A model generated the notes under the pieces. It had not been told where the DNA came from. It saw nothing but the letters and a program-made list of their open reading frames with translations, and ran no database searches. DNA of 64,000 nucleotides from an uncultured Chloroflexia bacterium (GTDB lineage: Bacteria; Chloroflexota; Anaerolineae; Anaerolineales; UBA4823). The position numbers and the translations under genes were made by a program. Location: positions 997,843-1,061,842 of the forward strand of contig CAWIYB010000005.1 in NCBI GenBank assembly GCA_963840255.1. Reading direction: 5' to 3'. Positions 57,501-63,789 of this stretch are shown here, in pieces (the first letter of the stretch is position 1; the number at the start of each line of letters is the position of its first letter).

Positions 57501-59315
57501 AAGGTGCTCTCAGCACTCCTGTATCCTTTCAAGTTATTGCGTGCTTCACCTGAAACGATTGCCGCAAATCGCCTTGGTCAGGCCGGGTTATGGCGCTTTG
57601 GTATTTCAGGCGATTATCCCATCCTGCTGGTCGAGATCGAGGAATCTCAGCAGATTGACCTGATCCGTGAGGTTTTGCAGGTTCATGAATTTTTGCGTAG
57701 CCGCCGCTTTATGGTGGATCTTGTCATTCTCAATCATCAACAGACCGATTACGGCGCCGAGTTGAATGGGATGCTCTACCGTCTGATAAATCGTTTAAAT
57801 AGCGAGCAGTGGTTGACCAAGCGTGGGGGGATCTTCATCCTTTATACAGACCAGATCAGCCCTGAGGAAGACATTTTGCTGCAAACGTCAGGCTGCATCC
57901 TTTTTAGGGGAGATCACGGATCCTTGGATGATCAAATTCCGGAATACACAATACAGGCTGCTCATCTGCCTGAATTTATTCCAACCAGGTCTCCCGAAGG
58001 CATTGTCTCACCTGGTCAGGATGATCCCCTCCCCTCAACAGGAGCTTTGCAGTTTAATAACGGATATGGCGGTTTTAGCGCAGACGGGCGCGAATATATT
58101 ATCGAGCTTCCACACGGCAGGCCCACTCCTGCCCCGTGGGTCAACGTTATCGGTTATCCATATTTTGGTTTTATGGTTAGCGAAACTGGCAGCCAGTGCA
58201 CCTGGGCGGTGAATAGCGGAGAAAACCGCCTGACACCATGGTCCAACGACCCTGTACGCGATCCAACGGGTGAGGCACTCTACCTGCGAGATGAAGAAAC
58301 CGGCGATGTTTGGACACCCACACCTCTTCCTGCGGGTGCAGACCAACCCTATCGCGTTAAACATGGCGCCGGCTACACCATCTTCGAGCATAATTCTCAC
58401 GGTCTTCGCCAGCGCCTGACGTTATTCGCCAGTCCAGAAGATCCGGTTAAAATAATCCACTTGAGGGTAGAAAACACGTGGAATCATAACCGCCGGATTA
58501 CTGCTACCCAATATATCGAATGGGTCTTAGGTACTACTCATGCCGCCTCACTACCATATATCATTCCAGAGTATGACGCGGCAGAGTACTGCCTGCTGGC
58601 TACCAACCCCTACAACGATGAATTCGGTGAGAGAACCGCCTTCCTAATCGCCAATAAACCAGTCCATGGATTGACGACCGACCGTACTGAGTTCTTGGGG
58701 CGAGGTGGAACACTCACCTATCCGGCTGCTTTGCATCGTATCGGGCTGGAAACCCGACTTTCCCCTAGTGAGGATTTATGCGCTGTCCTCCAGCTGCACC
58801 TCGATCTGCTTCCTGGCGGAGTTGAAGAGGTTTACTTTGTGCTGGGGCAAGGGAGTAATAAGGGACATGCCCTCGAGCTGGCAAAGAAATATCATGACTC
58901 CGCATACGTCGGGGCTGCTCTGGAACGCACCCGCGTGTTCTGGGACCATCTGCTCCATACCATTCAGGTGCACACTCCTGAGCCAGCTTCTGATTTAATC
59001 CTTAACCATTGGATGCTCTACCAGAGCCTCTCCTGCCGGATCTGGGGGCGGTCAGCTTTCTATCAACCCAGCGGGGCATTTGGTTTTCGTGACCAGCTCC
59101 AGGATGTTCTGGCCTTGCTTGCGGTCGATCCGGCTATTTCCCGCGGCCAGATACTCAATGCTGCTCAATTCCAGTTCACTGAAGGTGATGTAATGCATTG
59201 GTGGCACACACCTTCCGGTCGCGGAGTACGAACGCGCATCTCAGACGACTTGCTATGGCTTCCCTATGTCACTGCCCTTGTATATCGAATCAACAGGCGA
59301 CATGAGTATTCTTGA
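51588..59315 (+). CDS. Cyclic beta-1,2-glucan synthase-like protein, fragment 1 of 3 (TM regions, GT84 glycosyltransferase, central alpha-helical glucan-processing domain, start of GH94 module)
   Basis: The ATG at 51588 lies 2 nt after the USP stop, so the ORF-track start at 51420 is inside the USP gene. GT84 motifs are ITLDADTILPRG, LSHDLLEG and QRWIRGDWQ. The protein is very large and has multiple TM helices. Confidence 0.88.
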   Translation: MPEDPENKIREPDFPISGDSFSSKTEQMQELANLLVSNYQEISLSLTEPGKRTVIGGRELKVYEDWLEKAHAYFQQASNKDLTLTLASEWVLDNYYIIRQALRQIGEDLPVGYYKQLPKLAGGPLKSLPRIYAVGRGVLFFQNYLLNVMDLQAVLIQVQEHVPLTMGELWALPIFLRYSLIEKLASTLEWIIHPLPAPKLPVFPPQLIGSGNTFSGNHDAAGETLASGIVANIILSLRTISEQNWNDFFEAVSSLERTLREDPAGIYPVMDFKTRDMYRKEIELLSFASKHEENELAKITLDLARENGTGENDPTGKISITIGGESSPEYPVSHVGEYLLGKSRLLLEKKIGFKPDAKTIFKRWVLRHSSALYLVGIFFLSLLFMVLIFIEISLREIFWSGSPWQWISALVLALALLVPVLIVAASLVNWLITLMIKPRILPKLSFGEGIPDPFKTLVVIPALITSHSEIDNLARQLEMTYLRNSDPGLLFALVTDFADADSETLPEDEEMIRYATTAIEKLNTKYSQPSLDCDTPVDSIQAPLLEVANLVQEEEIPQPIADCAKLFYLLHRKRLWNQSEGRWMGWERKRGKLHELNKLLRGRTDTSFSTLAGEATDSAELQSIRFVITLDADTILPRGAARRLAGTLAHPLNHARFNDTTGQVFSGYTVLQPRMEIHPRSANYSWFTRIFAGDTGLDLYTRAVSDAYQDLFGEGSYVGKGIYDVDAFERSVDRHIPENSVLSHDLLEGILGRAGLVTDITMVEDYPPNYIVQVKRQQRWIRGDWQLLPSLIQPGKFRIKFTGIDRWKMIDNLLRAMLAPSLLFIFFFGIISMPDLVGLWMLILLLSLGIPVLTSIARSAIQTLDGESIGAAFHPMRWSFVRWALAIAFLPYEAYNALDAVLTTLYRLFISHRNLLQWTTAAQTARLFGLQVYRNTAWLRFIASTLVVIILAAAIQLDHTLTGSGLSPALAFSIPLLLLWVFSPLIAQWIDQPIKQRAKPLSTDQIILFRQVARRTWGFFERFVGPEDHWLPPDHYQEAPVGIIAHHTSPSNIGLLLTSTLAAYDLGYLDQLGLATRLSITIDTLEQLERFRGHFLNWYDTLTLQPLKPRYISTVDSGNLAASLIVTAQACKSMPKERIFRWDLWQGYLDTLSNLTEILSEMQKAEYNSLVQEISHKIAKMNEEILAVRIEPNRWFALFQTVNGLFWPDLSKRLIELIEAGSVAFDLEALRKLQEVAGQVERHHLAIQRTLAEMVPWIHLLEQVPMLFNEMPFVQGLNALRDNLPYNPHLGQIRNYATAGLTSNAELRNLLNQNQLIAIRNSDQESKAKEWLDAMDQALTQATTNADALLNRYSQSALRTERFVMEMDFQFLYSPQRRVFHLGFNLDTGQLDDNYYDLLASEARIASIIALAKGDVPQSHWLQLSRPLTRVEGTYVLLSWSATMFEYLMPTLFLRSYSGTLLAESALGAVIHQIAYGKMKGVPWGISESGFNLLDANQNYQYRAFGVPGLGFKRGLGDDLVVAPYASLMAINYNPHAVAQNLTGLMEHNSFGLYGLYESIDFTADRLLVGDTSSVVREYMAHHQGMILMALVNYFYKNKMVRRMHNDPRIQSVELLLQEQIPLAAPLQNPYAEDVKGTMRFSVAPIEINPWSVPVETAIPQVNLLSNGNYGVLVSNMGGGYSTWRDIDLTRWQADGVLDPWGTWIYIQDMNLTKDEKASTGKLWSTGHLPIPTNAQNIQVTYFAHMAVFHRTENDIASTMEVTVCPDDPVEIRRVHLHNTDSQLHHLRLTSYGEVILTQQSADKRHPAYNKLFIESEFEPELNLQIFSRRLRSSEEKPVFMGHMLVVDHKRDFQYNHPSARHEADRNRFIGRGGTLGNPAALISEQYLTGTTGATLDPIFALGMEVDVNPHESAELAFLTFAGESREAILALARRYSSWTLVERSYHQSNISVQAWLGKQNYNSLAYKNTLKVLSALLYPFKLLRASPETIAANRLGQAGLWRFGISGDYPILLVEIEESQQIDLIREVLQVHEFLRSRRFMVDLVILNHQQTDYGAELNGMLYRLINRLNSEQWLTKRGGIFILYTDQISPEEDILLQTSGCILFRGDHGSLDDQIPEYTIQAAHLPEFIPTRSPEGIVSPGQDDPLPSTGALQFNNGYGGFSADGREYIIELPHGRPTPAPWVNVIGYPYFGFMVSETGSQCTWAVNSGENRLTPWSNDPVRDPTGEALYLRDEETGDVWTPTPLPAGADQPYRVKHGAGYTIFEHNSHGLRQRLTLFASPEDPVKIIHLRVENTWNHNRRITATQYIEWVLGTTHAASLPYIIPEYDAAEYCLLATNPYNDEFGERTAFLIANKPVHGLTTDRTEFLGRGGTLTYPAALHRIGLETRLSPSEDLCAVLQLHLDLLPGGVEEVYFVLGQGSNKGHALELAKKYHDSAYVGAALERTRVFWDHLLHTIQVHTPEPASDLILNHWMLYQSLSCRIWGRSAFYQPSGAFGFRDQLQDVLALLAVDPAISRGQILNAAQFQFTEGDVMHWWHTPSGRGVRTRISDDLLWLPYVTALVYRINRRHEYS

Positions 59316-60024
59316 AGAAAAAATTCCATTCCTTGAGGCACCACCTTTGAATAAGGATGAACACGAACGCTACAATGAATATCCGCAAACGAACGAAGCA
59401 TTTCCTCTGATGGAACATTGCCACAGAGCGATCAAAAAAGGTGCCACCAGTGGAATACATGGCTTACCTTTGATCGGTACTGGCGATTGGAATGACGCCC
59501 TGAACAGGGTTGGGGAGGAAGGAAAAGGTGAAAGTGTTTGGCTGGCATGGTTCCTGTGCGATGTTCTTGAGCGTTTTGCGAAAATATGTGACGAACAGGG
59601 AGATGACGAAACCGCTAATTATTACCGGTCTCGCTCCAAGGAATATGCTGCCGCAGTTGAACAAACAGCCTGGGACGGTGCCTGGTATCGTCGTGCATAT
59701 TATGATGATGGCTTCCCGCTTGGCTCGATCCAGGATACTGAATGCCAGATCGACGGAATTGCCCAGTCGTGGGCGGTATTGAGTGGAGCTGGCGATCCTA
59801 TTCGCAGCCAGAAGGCGATGCAATCAGTGCTGGAACGGTTGGTTCTCACGCAGGACCGGTTGTCTTTGCTCTTCACCCCACCGTTTGACACAACTGAACA
59901 TGATCCAGGTTATATTAAAGGGTTATTTTCCAGGTATTCGCGAGAACGGCGGACAGTACACCCACGCTGCCATCTGGACGGCCTGGGCTTTCGCGCAACT
60001 TGGCGATGGGAAGCAGGCTGGTGA
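59266..60024 (+). CDS. Cyclic beta-1,2-glucan synthase-like protein, fragment 2 of 3 (GH94 catalytic region), +1 frame relative to fragment 1
   Basis: It continues the GH94 alignment (YIESTGDMSILEE...LPLIGTGDWNDALN...) from about nt 59281. The first 5 codons of the ORF are out-of-frame overlap. Confidence 0.8.
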   Translation: MSLPLYIESTGDMSILEEKIPFLEAPPLNKDEHERYNEYPQTNEAFPLMEHCHRAIKKGATSGIHGLPLIGTGDWNDALNRVGEEGKGESVWLAWFLCDVLERFAKICDEQGDDETANYYRSRSKEYAAAVEQTAWDGAWYRRAYYDDGFPLGSIQDTECQIDGIAQSWAVLSGAGDPIRSQKAMQSVLERLVLTQDRLSLLFTPPFDTTEHDPGYIKGLFSRYSRERRTVHPRCHLDGLGFRATWRWEAGW

Positions 60025-60484
60025 ACTTTTCGATATGCTTAATCCAATCTCCCATTCCGATTCGGAGGAGAAGGCGGCTGAATATCGCGTCGAGCCATAC
60101 GTGATATGTGCGGATATCTACAGCAAACCGCCTCATTTGCACCGCGGTGGCTGGACCTGGTATACCGGTTCAGCCGCATGGACGTACCGGCTTGGACTGA
60201 CGGCTCTACTAGGCTTCAAGAAGACTGGCGACACCTTGCACATCGACCCGGTCATACCACCAACCTGGGACGGGTTTGAGATTACCTATCAGTTCGGAGC
60301 CACAAGCTATCAAATAAAGGTGAACAATCCCACGCATATTGCTCATAGCGTCCAGCGCGTGAAATTGGATGGAAAAGTACTGGACCTAAAAACCATTCCT
60401 CTGGTTAACGATGGGCAGGAACACGCTATTGAGGTGATGATGGGAGACCGAGGAGAGAGTCGAACAAAGCTCATAGAATTATAG
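59783..60484 (+). CDS. Cyclic beta-1,2-glucan synthase-like protein, fragment 3 of 3 (GH94 C-terminal part), +1 frame relative to fragment 2
   Basis: It continues from about nt 59924 (YFPGIRENGGQYTHAAIWTAWAF...GGWTWYTGSAAW...) to the stop at 60484. Confidence 0.8.
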   Translation: MELAILFAARRRCNQCWNGWFSRRTGCLCSSPHRLTQLNMIQVILKGYFPGIRENGGQYTHAAIWTAWAFAQLGDGKQAGELFDMLNPISHSDSEEKAAEYRVEPYVICADIYSKPPHLHRGGWTWYTGSAAWTYRLGLTALLGFKKTGDTLHIDPVIPPTWDGFEITYQFGATSYQIKVNNPTHIAHSVQRVKLDGKVLDLKTIPLVNDGQEHAIEVMMGDRGESRTKLIEL

Positions 60485-60886
60485 CCAAACAACACTTGAA
60501 CTTAACCCGTAATCGTGGAATGATGCCATTTAATCTTCCAATTCATTAGCCTTCTTGATACAACCGCTTTTCGAAGGAAATCTGCCAAGTCTTTATGGCT
60601 CGACATCACTACAAAAAAAGATGACCATTCTCAAAGTCCATATCCTGGGCATCTGCTCACTTAGGAACAACGAAGAATGCCTGCTCACTGAAGAAACCTG
60701 GTATTACATACATAAAAAATTTACCCACTATACTTACTGTCACCGTTAATAAGGTAACAATATTCATCTTCGCTGGGTCAGCTTAGAAGATTCATCCCAT
60801 CTTACAGGAAAAGCCGTTGAAATATTAGGCAGGTTGGTCGTTCGGTTGCAGTAAGGTTGAATTAAACCGTAACCAGGTTAATAAAC

Positions 60887-60924
60887 AATACCCCCATGTA
60901 TGTCAATATGGGGGTATTTTTATT
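60887..60924 (+). terminator. Rho-independent terminator-like hairpin
   Basis: ATACCCCCAT (60888-60897) / ATGGGGGTAT (60908-60917) with a 10-nt loop, followed by TTTTTATT. Confidence 0.6.
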
Positions 60925-60944
60925 GAATTTTCCAGTATATTAGA

Positions 60945-60969
60945 TGACCCGCGATGGACTTGAACCCAT
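60945..60969 (-). other. tRNA 3'-end-like fragment (T-loop plus acceptor strand), a possible att-site remnant
   Basis: The minus strand reads ATGGGTTCAAGTCCATCGCGGGTCA. It contains the T-loop consensus GGTTCAAGTCC followed by a 7-nt acceptor-like strand and a discriminator A. No matching 5' acceptor strand or D-arm lies upstream. Confidence 0.35.
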
Positions 60970-61070
60970 TACCTCATAAACCAACTGATTAAGAGCCGTA
61001 GAACGGGTGTTCTATACCGTACATATGGTGCTATAGAAGTCTTCTATGTCCTATATGTGGTGGTTAAATT

Positions 61071-61179
61071 ATCCAACATATCCATATTTTCCATGCAGTG
61101 TTACCTGAATTACACCAGTATTGCACCACTGCATGAAGCGAGGAGATGTGGTTGGCAACCCTGTCCATAGGGGGAAATA
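61071..61179. repeat. Direct repeat copy 1 (approximately 108 nt) with an internal 9-bp hairpin
   Basis: About 93% identical to 62799-62905. The stem is CATGCAGTG (61092-61100) / CACTGCATG (61127-61135). Confidence 0.9.
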
Positions 61180-61462
61180 ATAATATGATGTTTAATATTA
61201 AGTTGTGATACCCTGTGAAAATAAAATATCATAATTTCATAATTTTCTTGTTTTTCTGTCAAGGTATGCAGAATAGTGATCTTGGTCTTGTCTCTTAAAA
61301 ATATTTACAATTCTCCCATAAAACGTCTTAATGCAGTAATCATCTCATTTTTTGCGAGTTTTTGGAAGATTTTGATAGTTCAAGGAGGTATGAACCCAGT
61401 AGAATTTACTCATTAGAACAGGAGCAGCCATTTCCATCTTCCTCCACTTCTTCTCCGGCTTT

Positions 61463-61879
61463 GTGACTATGCTTCCTGCTACAGTATTATGCATGCTCAT
61501 CTCCATATCAGCAGGTAGTGAGTATTTTTGGAAGTCATACTTCGTCGTTAGTGGCATATTCCTGGTAGTCAGTTTTGCACTTGGATTTTTTATTCCCGTT
61601 CTCGCCCCAACGCATTGGAAACGTCACTCCATATTTTGGTTTTTCGGCCAGGGTTTGCTGGCCTGGCTAGTGGCGACATTGGCTTTGGGGCTGGTAAATC
61701 TCACCCCGCTGTGTGTTGGTCAGGATAATGGTGATGGGAACAATGACTTGGTGCTTTGTATGGTACAAACTGTGATGGTTCCCATCCTCTTTTCACCTTT
61801 GGAATTCATTCTGCTCTGTCTTTCCGCTTTCTCCGGCGGCTGGCTGATCAAAACGTTGGTTAAACGCGAAGAAACATGA
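61463..61879 (+). CDS. Hypothetical polytopic membrane protein
   Basis: Four hydrophobic helices. The start is GTG 61463 or ATG 61469. Its stop overlaps the next start (ATGA at 61876-61879). Confidence 0.6.
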   Translation: MTMLPATVLCMLISISAGSEYFWKSYFVVSGIFLVVSFALGFFIPVLAPTHWKRHSIFWFFGQGLLAWLVATLALGLVNLTPLCVGQDNGDGNNDLVLCMVQTVMVPILFSPLEFILLCLSAFSGGWLIKTLVKREET

Positions 61880-62268
61880 TCCGTTTCCGTATCATTTTTT
61901 GCGTCATGACCGTCCTCACCCTCCTATTCATTCTGGCACCGCTTATTTTGGGATTGGCATCTGCCGTCTTTACCTACCACGGGAAATGTTACGGCTTTAC
62001 CGATGGGTCCTGGGCTTGTTCCTGGCAGGAATACGCTTCTGACCAGGTCTTTTGGTCTGCACTACTGGATATTCCTATCAGTATGTATTTAATTCCCTGC
62101 TGGCTTGTTGCCGTGGGTCTCTGGCTCTTCAGACGTCGCATCGCTGCTCCGAATGGATTCCCACTCTCTCTGGTTATCCTGATACCATTGAGTGGCTGTC
62201 TTGGAGGCACCTGCCTTATTTCGATTCTACCGGTCTTTATTAGACTTTACTACGGGTTCTATCCATAA
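61876..62268 (+). CDS. Hypothetical polytopic membrane protein (Cys/Trp-rich loop)
   Basis: Translationally coupled to the previous ORF. It has 4 hydrophobic helices and the loop GKCYGFTDGSWACSWQEY. Confidence 0.6.
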   Translation: MIRFRIIFCVMTVLTLLFILAPLILGLASAVFTYHGKCYGFTDGSWACSWQEYASDQVFWSALLDIPISMYLIPCWLVAVGLWLFRRRIAAPNGFPLSLVILIPLSGCLGGTCLISILPVFIRLYYGFYP

Positions 62269-62319
62269 TGATGGCTTGAGAGTTGCATAATTATTAATCT
62301 TACTTGCCTCGGAGTTCAT

Positions 62320-62496
62320 ATGGCAGAACCAATCATCGTTCAGAATGATCACCGTGAGTACCTGTTCGGGCATTACCTTCAATTCCAATTGGAAATGTAC
62401 CCAATCAGATCTCTCGATGCTGGAAGGCAAGTATATTCGCTGTCAAAAGCTCTGCCCCCTACACATGTTATCATCTCCAGAGGTTTGGCTTACTAA
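62320..62496 (+). CDS. Candidate 58-aa hypothetical protein
   Basis: GGAG 5 nt upstream of ATG 62320. The sequence begins MAEPIIVQNDHREYLFGHYLQFQLEMYPIRSLDAGRQVYSLSK... It falls below the ORF-track cutoff. Confidence 0.25.
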   Translation: MAEPIIVQNDHREYLFGHYLQFQLEMYPIRSLDAGRQVYSLSKALPPTHVIISRGLAY

Positions 62497-62798
62497 GAAT
62501 ATATTGGCAGCTTCCGATTGCCAGTATATACCGCCAGGCAGTTGGAGTATCGGATTACATGCCCGGATATGAATTGTAGATAGGAGAATTCTCAAATTAT
62601 CAAAAGAACAAGATAGAAATAATGTATTTCACCACCTCCTCTCACACTCAAGGGAGAGGAAATATTTTTATTTTTCCAGGGTCTGGTCAGGAAGCGGATT
62701 ACAGAATTGATTTATCCAAAAGTGAGCCGAACCCCTTAACATATACCCCGTACATATCGAATATCATTATCCAATATACCCCCATATCGGGGAATTTC

Positions 62799-62905
62799 AT
62801 CCAACATGATCATATATTCCATGCAGTGTTACCTGAATTACACGTATTGCACCACTACATGAAGCGAGGAGATGTGGTTGGCAGCCCTGTCCATAGGGGG
62901 AAATA
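62799..62905. repeat. Direct repeat copy 2 (approximately 108 nt)
   Basis: It matches 61071-61179. The differences are a 2-nt indel inside the hairpin loop, one change in the 3' stem arm (CACTACATG) and a few flanking substitutions. Confidence 0.9.
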
Positions 62906-63182
62906 CGAAGGAGGTGAAAGGCGAGTTGATTTCGTTGTACTCCTAGATTTTGCGACACTATATATAAAGCCTATAGAGTATATCAAACCCAATACCCCAT
63001 TTCAATTTATTAACTTTAATTACTTTACCAATAGCCTCGCTATCATAAGCCCTGTTTACATCTTGTAAGCACCTTGCTTCTCCACCCCTCCTCAAATTCA
63101 TTCAGATACTGTAAAATCGATGTCTATGGGTAGTCAATCGTAATTAGAGTTGAAAAATGACCACTCAGATGTCGGAGGGTTT

Positions 63183-63543
63183 ATGGCAAACCGTGAAAAA
63201 GAATACCTCGAACAAAACGCGAACAGTTTTGGGAAAGATTTAGGTTGTATAACGAGAATGAGCGTATCAGAAAAATCAAAAGAGATCCATCGTTGGGCCG
63301 CCATATATACTCGTTATAAGCTGACAAGGAGCGAGTGGCAAGCTTATGTTTGATAAACAACATGGCTGCTGTGCCATTTGCGGAGTGTCTCAAGAGAATC
63401 TAAATCATCCATTAGAAATAGACCGTGACCAGGTTACAGGCAGGATAAGAGGACTTCTGTGTAGGAAATGTAACAGTGGAATTGGAAACCTTGGTGAAGA
63501 TATTGAAAGAATGAAAAGGGTTATTAGGTATCTTGAAACCTAG
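63183..63543 (+). pseudogene. Endonuclease VII (phage T4 gp49-type, HNH/His-Me finger) homolog, frame-split and with a degenerate active site
   Basis: The N-part (63183-63353) ends in ...YKLTRSEWQAYV*. The C-part (63346-63543) reads MFDKQHGCCAICG...LEIDRDQVTGRIRGLLCRKCNSGIGN. Deleting one T of TTT 63349-63351 fuses them into EWQAYVDKQHGCCAICG. Confidence 0.65.
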
Positions 63544-63714
63544 GTTCTTATTCTGATAATATGTATTACAAGACATATTCATAGGCAAGAAGCCACTTGG
63601 CTCAGAATATCTGAGCAATTGGGGAAACAAATGGGTACAAAATTTAGTGGAAATAAATAATCGTCTATTTATTATAAGGTTTGCAACAATCTGTTCGACA
63701 AGGGAGTATATACA

Positions 63715-63789
63715 ATGGACTTCTTTATCGCACTGATCCTGCTAATCCTCATGGTTTTTGTCTCAATGTCAACAACGGTTGAAAAGTAG
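63715..63789 (+). CDS. Candidate 24-aa hydrophobic peptide
   Basis: SD AAGGGAG 8 nt upstream. The sequence is MDFFIALILLILMVFVSMSTTVEK. Confidence 0.2.
   Translation: MDFFIALILLILMVFVSMSTTVEK

Noticed and set aside
60945-61040. A complete tRNA gene on the minus strand
   Set aside because: Only the T-loop and 3' acceptor-like part is present. The T-stem does not pair canonically. No complementary 5' acceptor strand or D-arm is found, and the candidate anticodon loop has a pyrimidine at position 37. It is treated as a fragment only.
61071-62905. Diversity-generating retroelement (TR/VR pair) as the explanation for the 108-nt repeats
   Set aside because: The differences between the copies are not adenine-specific (they include a G-to-A change, an A-to-G change and an indel). 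The repeats are not inside a target ORF. No reverse transcriptase is present in the window.
62622-63068. 148-aa ORF overlapping repeat copy 2
   Set aside because: The homologous stretch in copy 1 carries a 2-nt indel and an early stop while nucleotide identity continues. The conservation is therefore at the DNA/RNA level, not the protein level. There is no SD.
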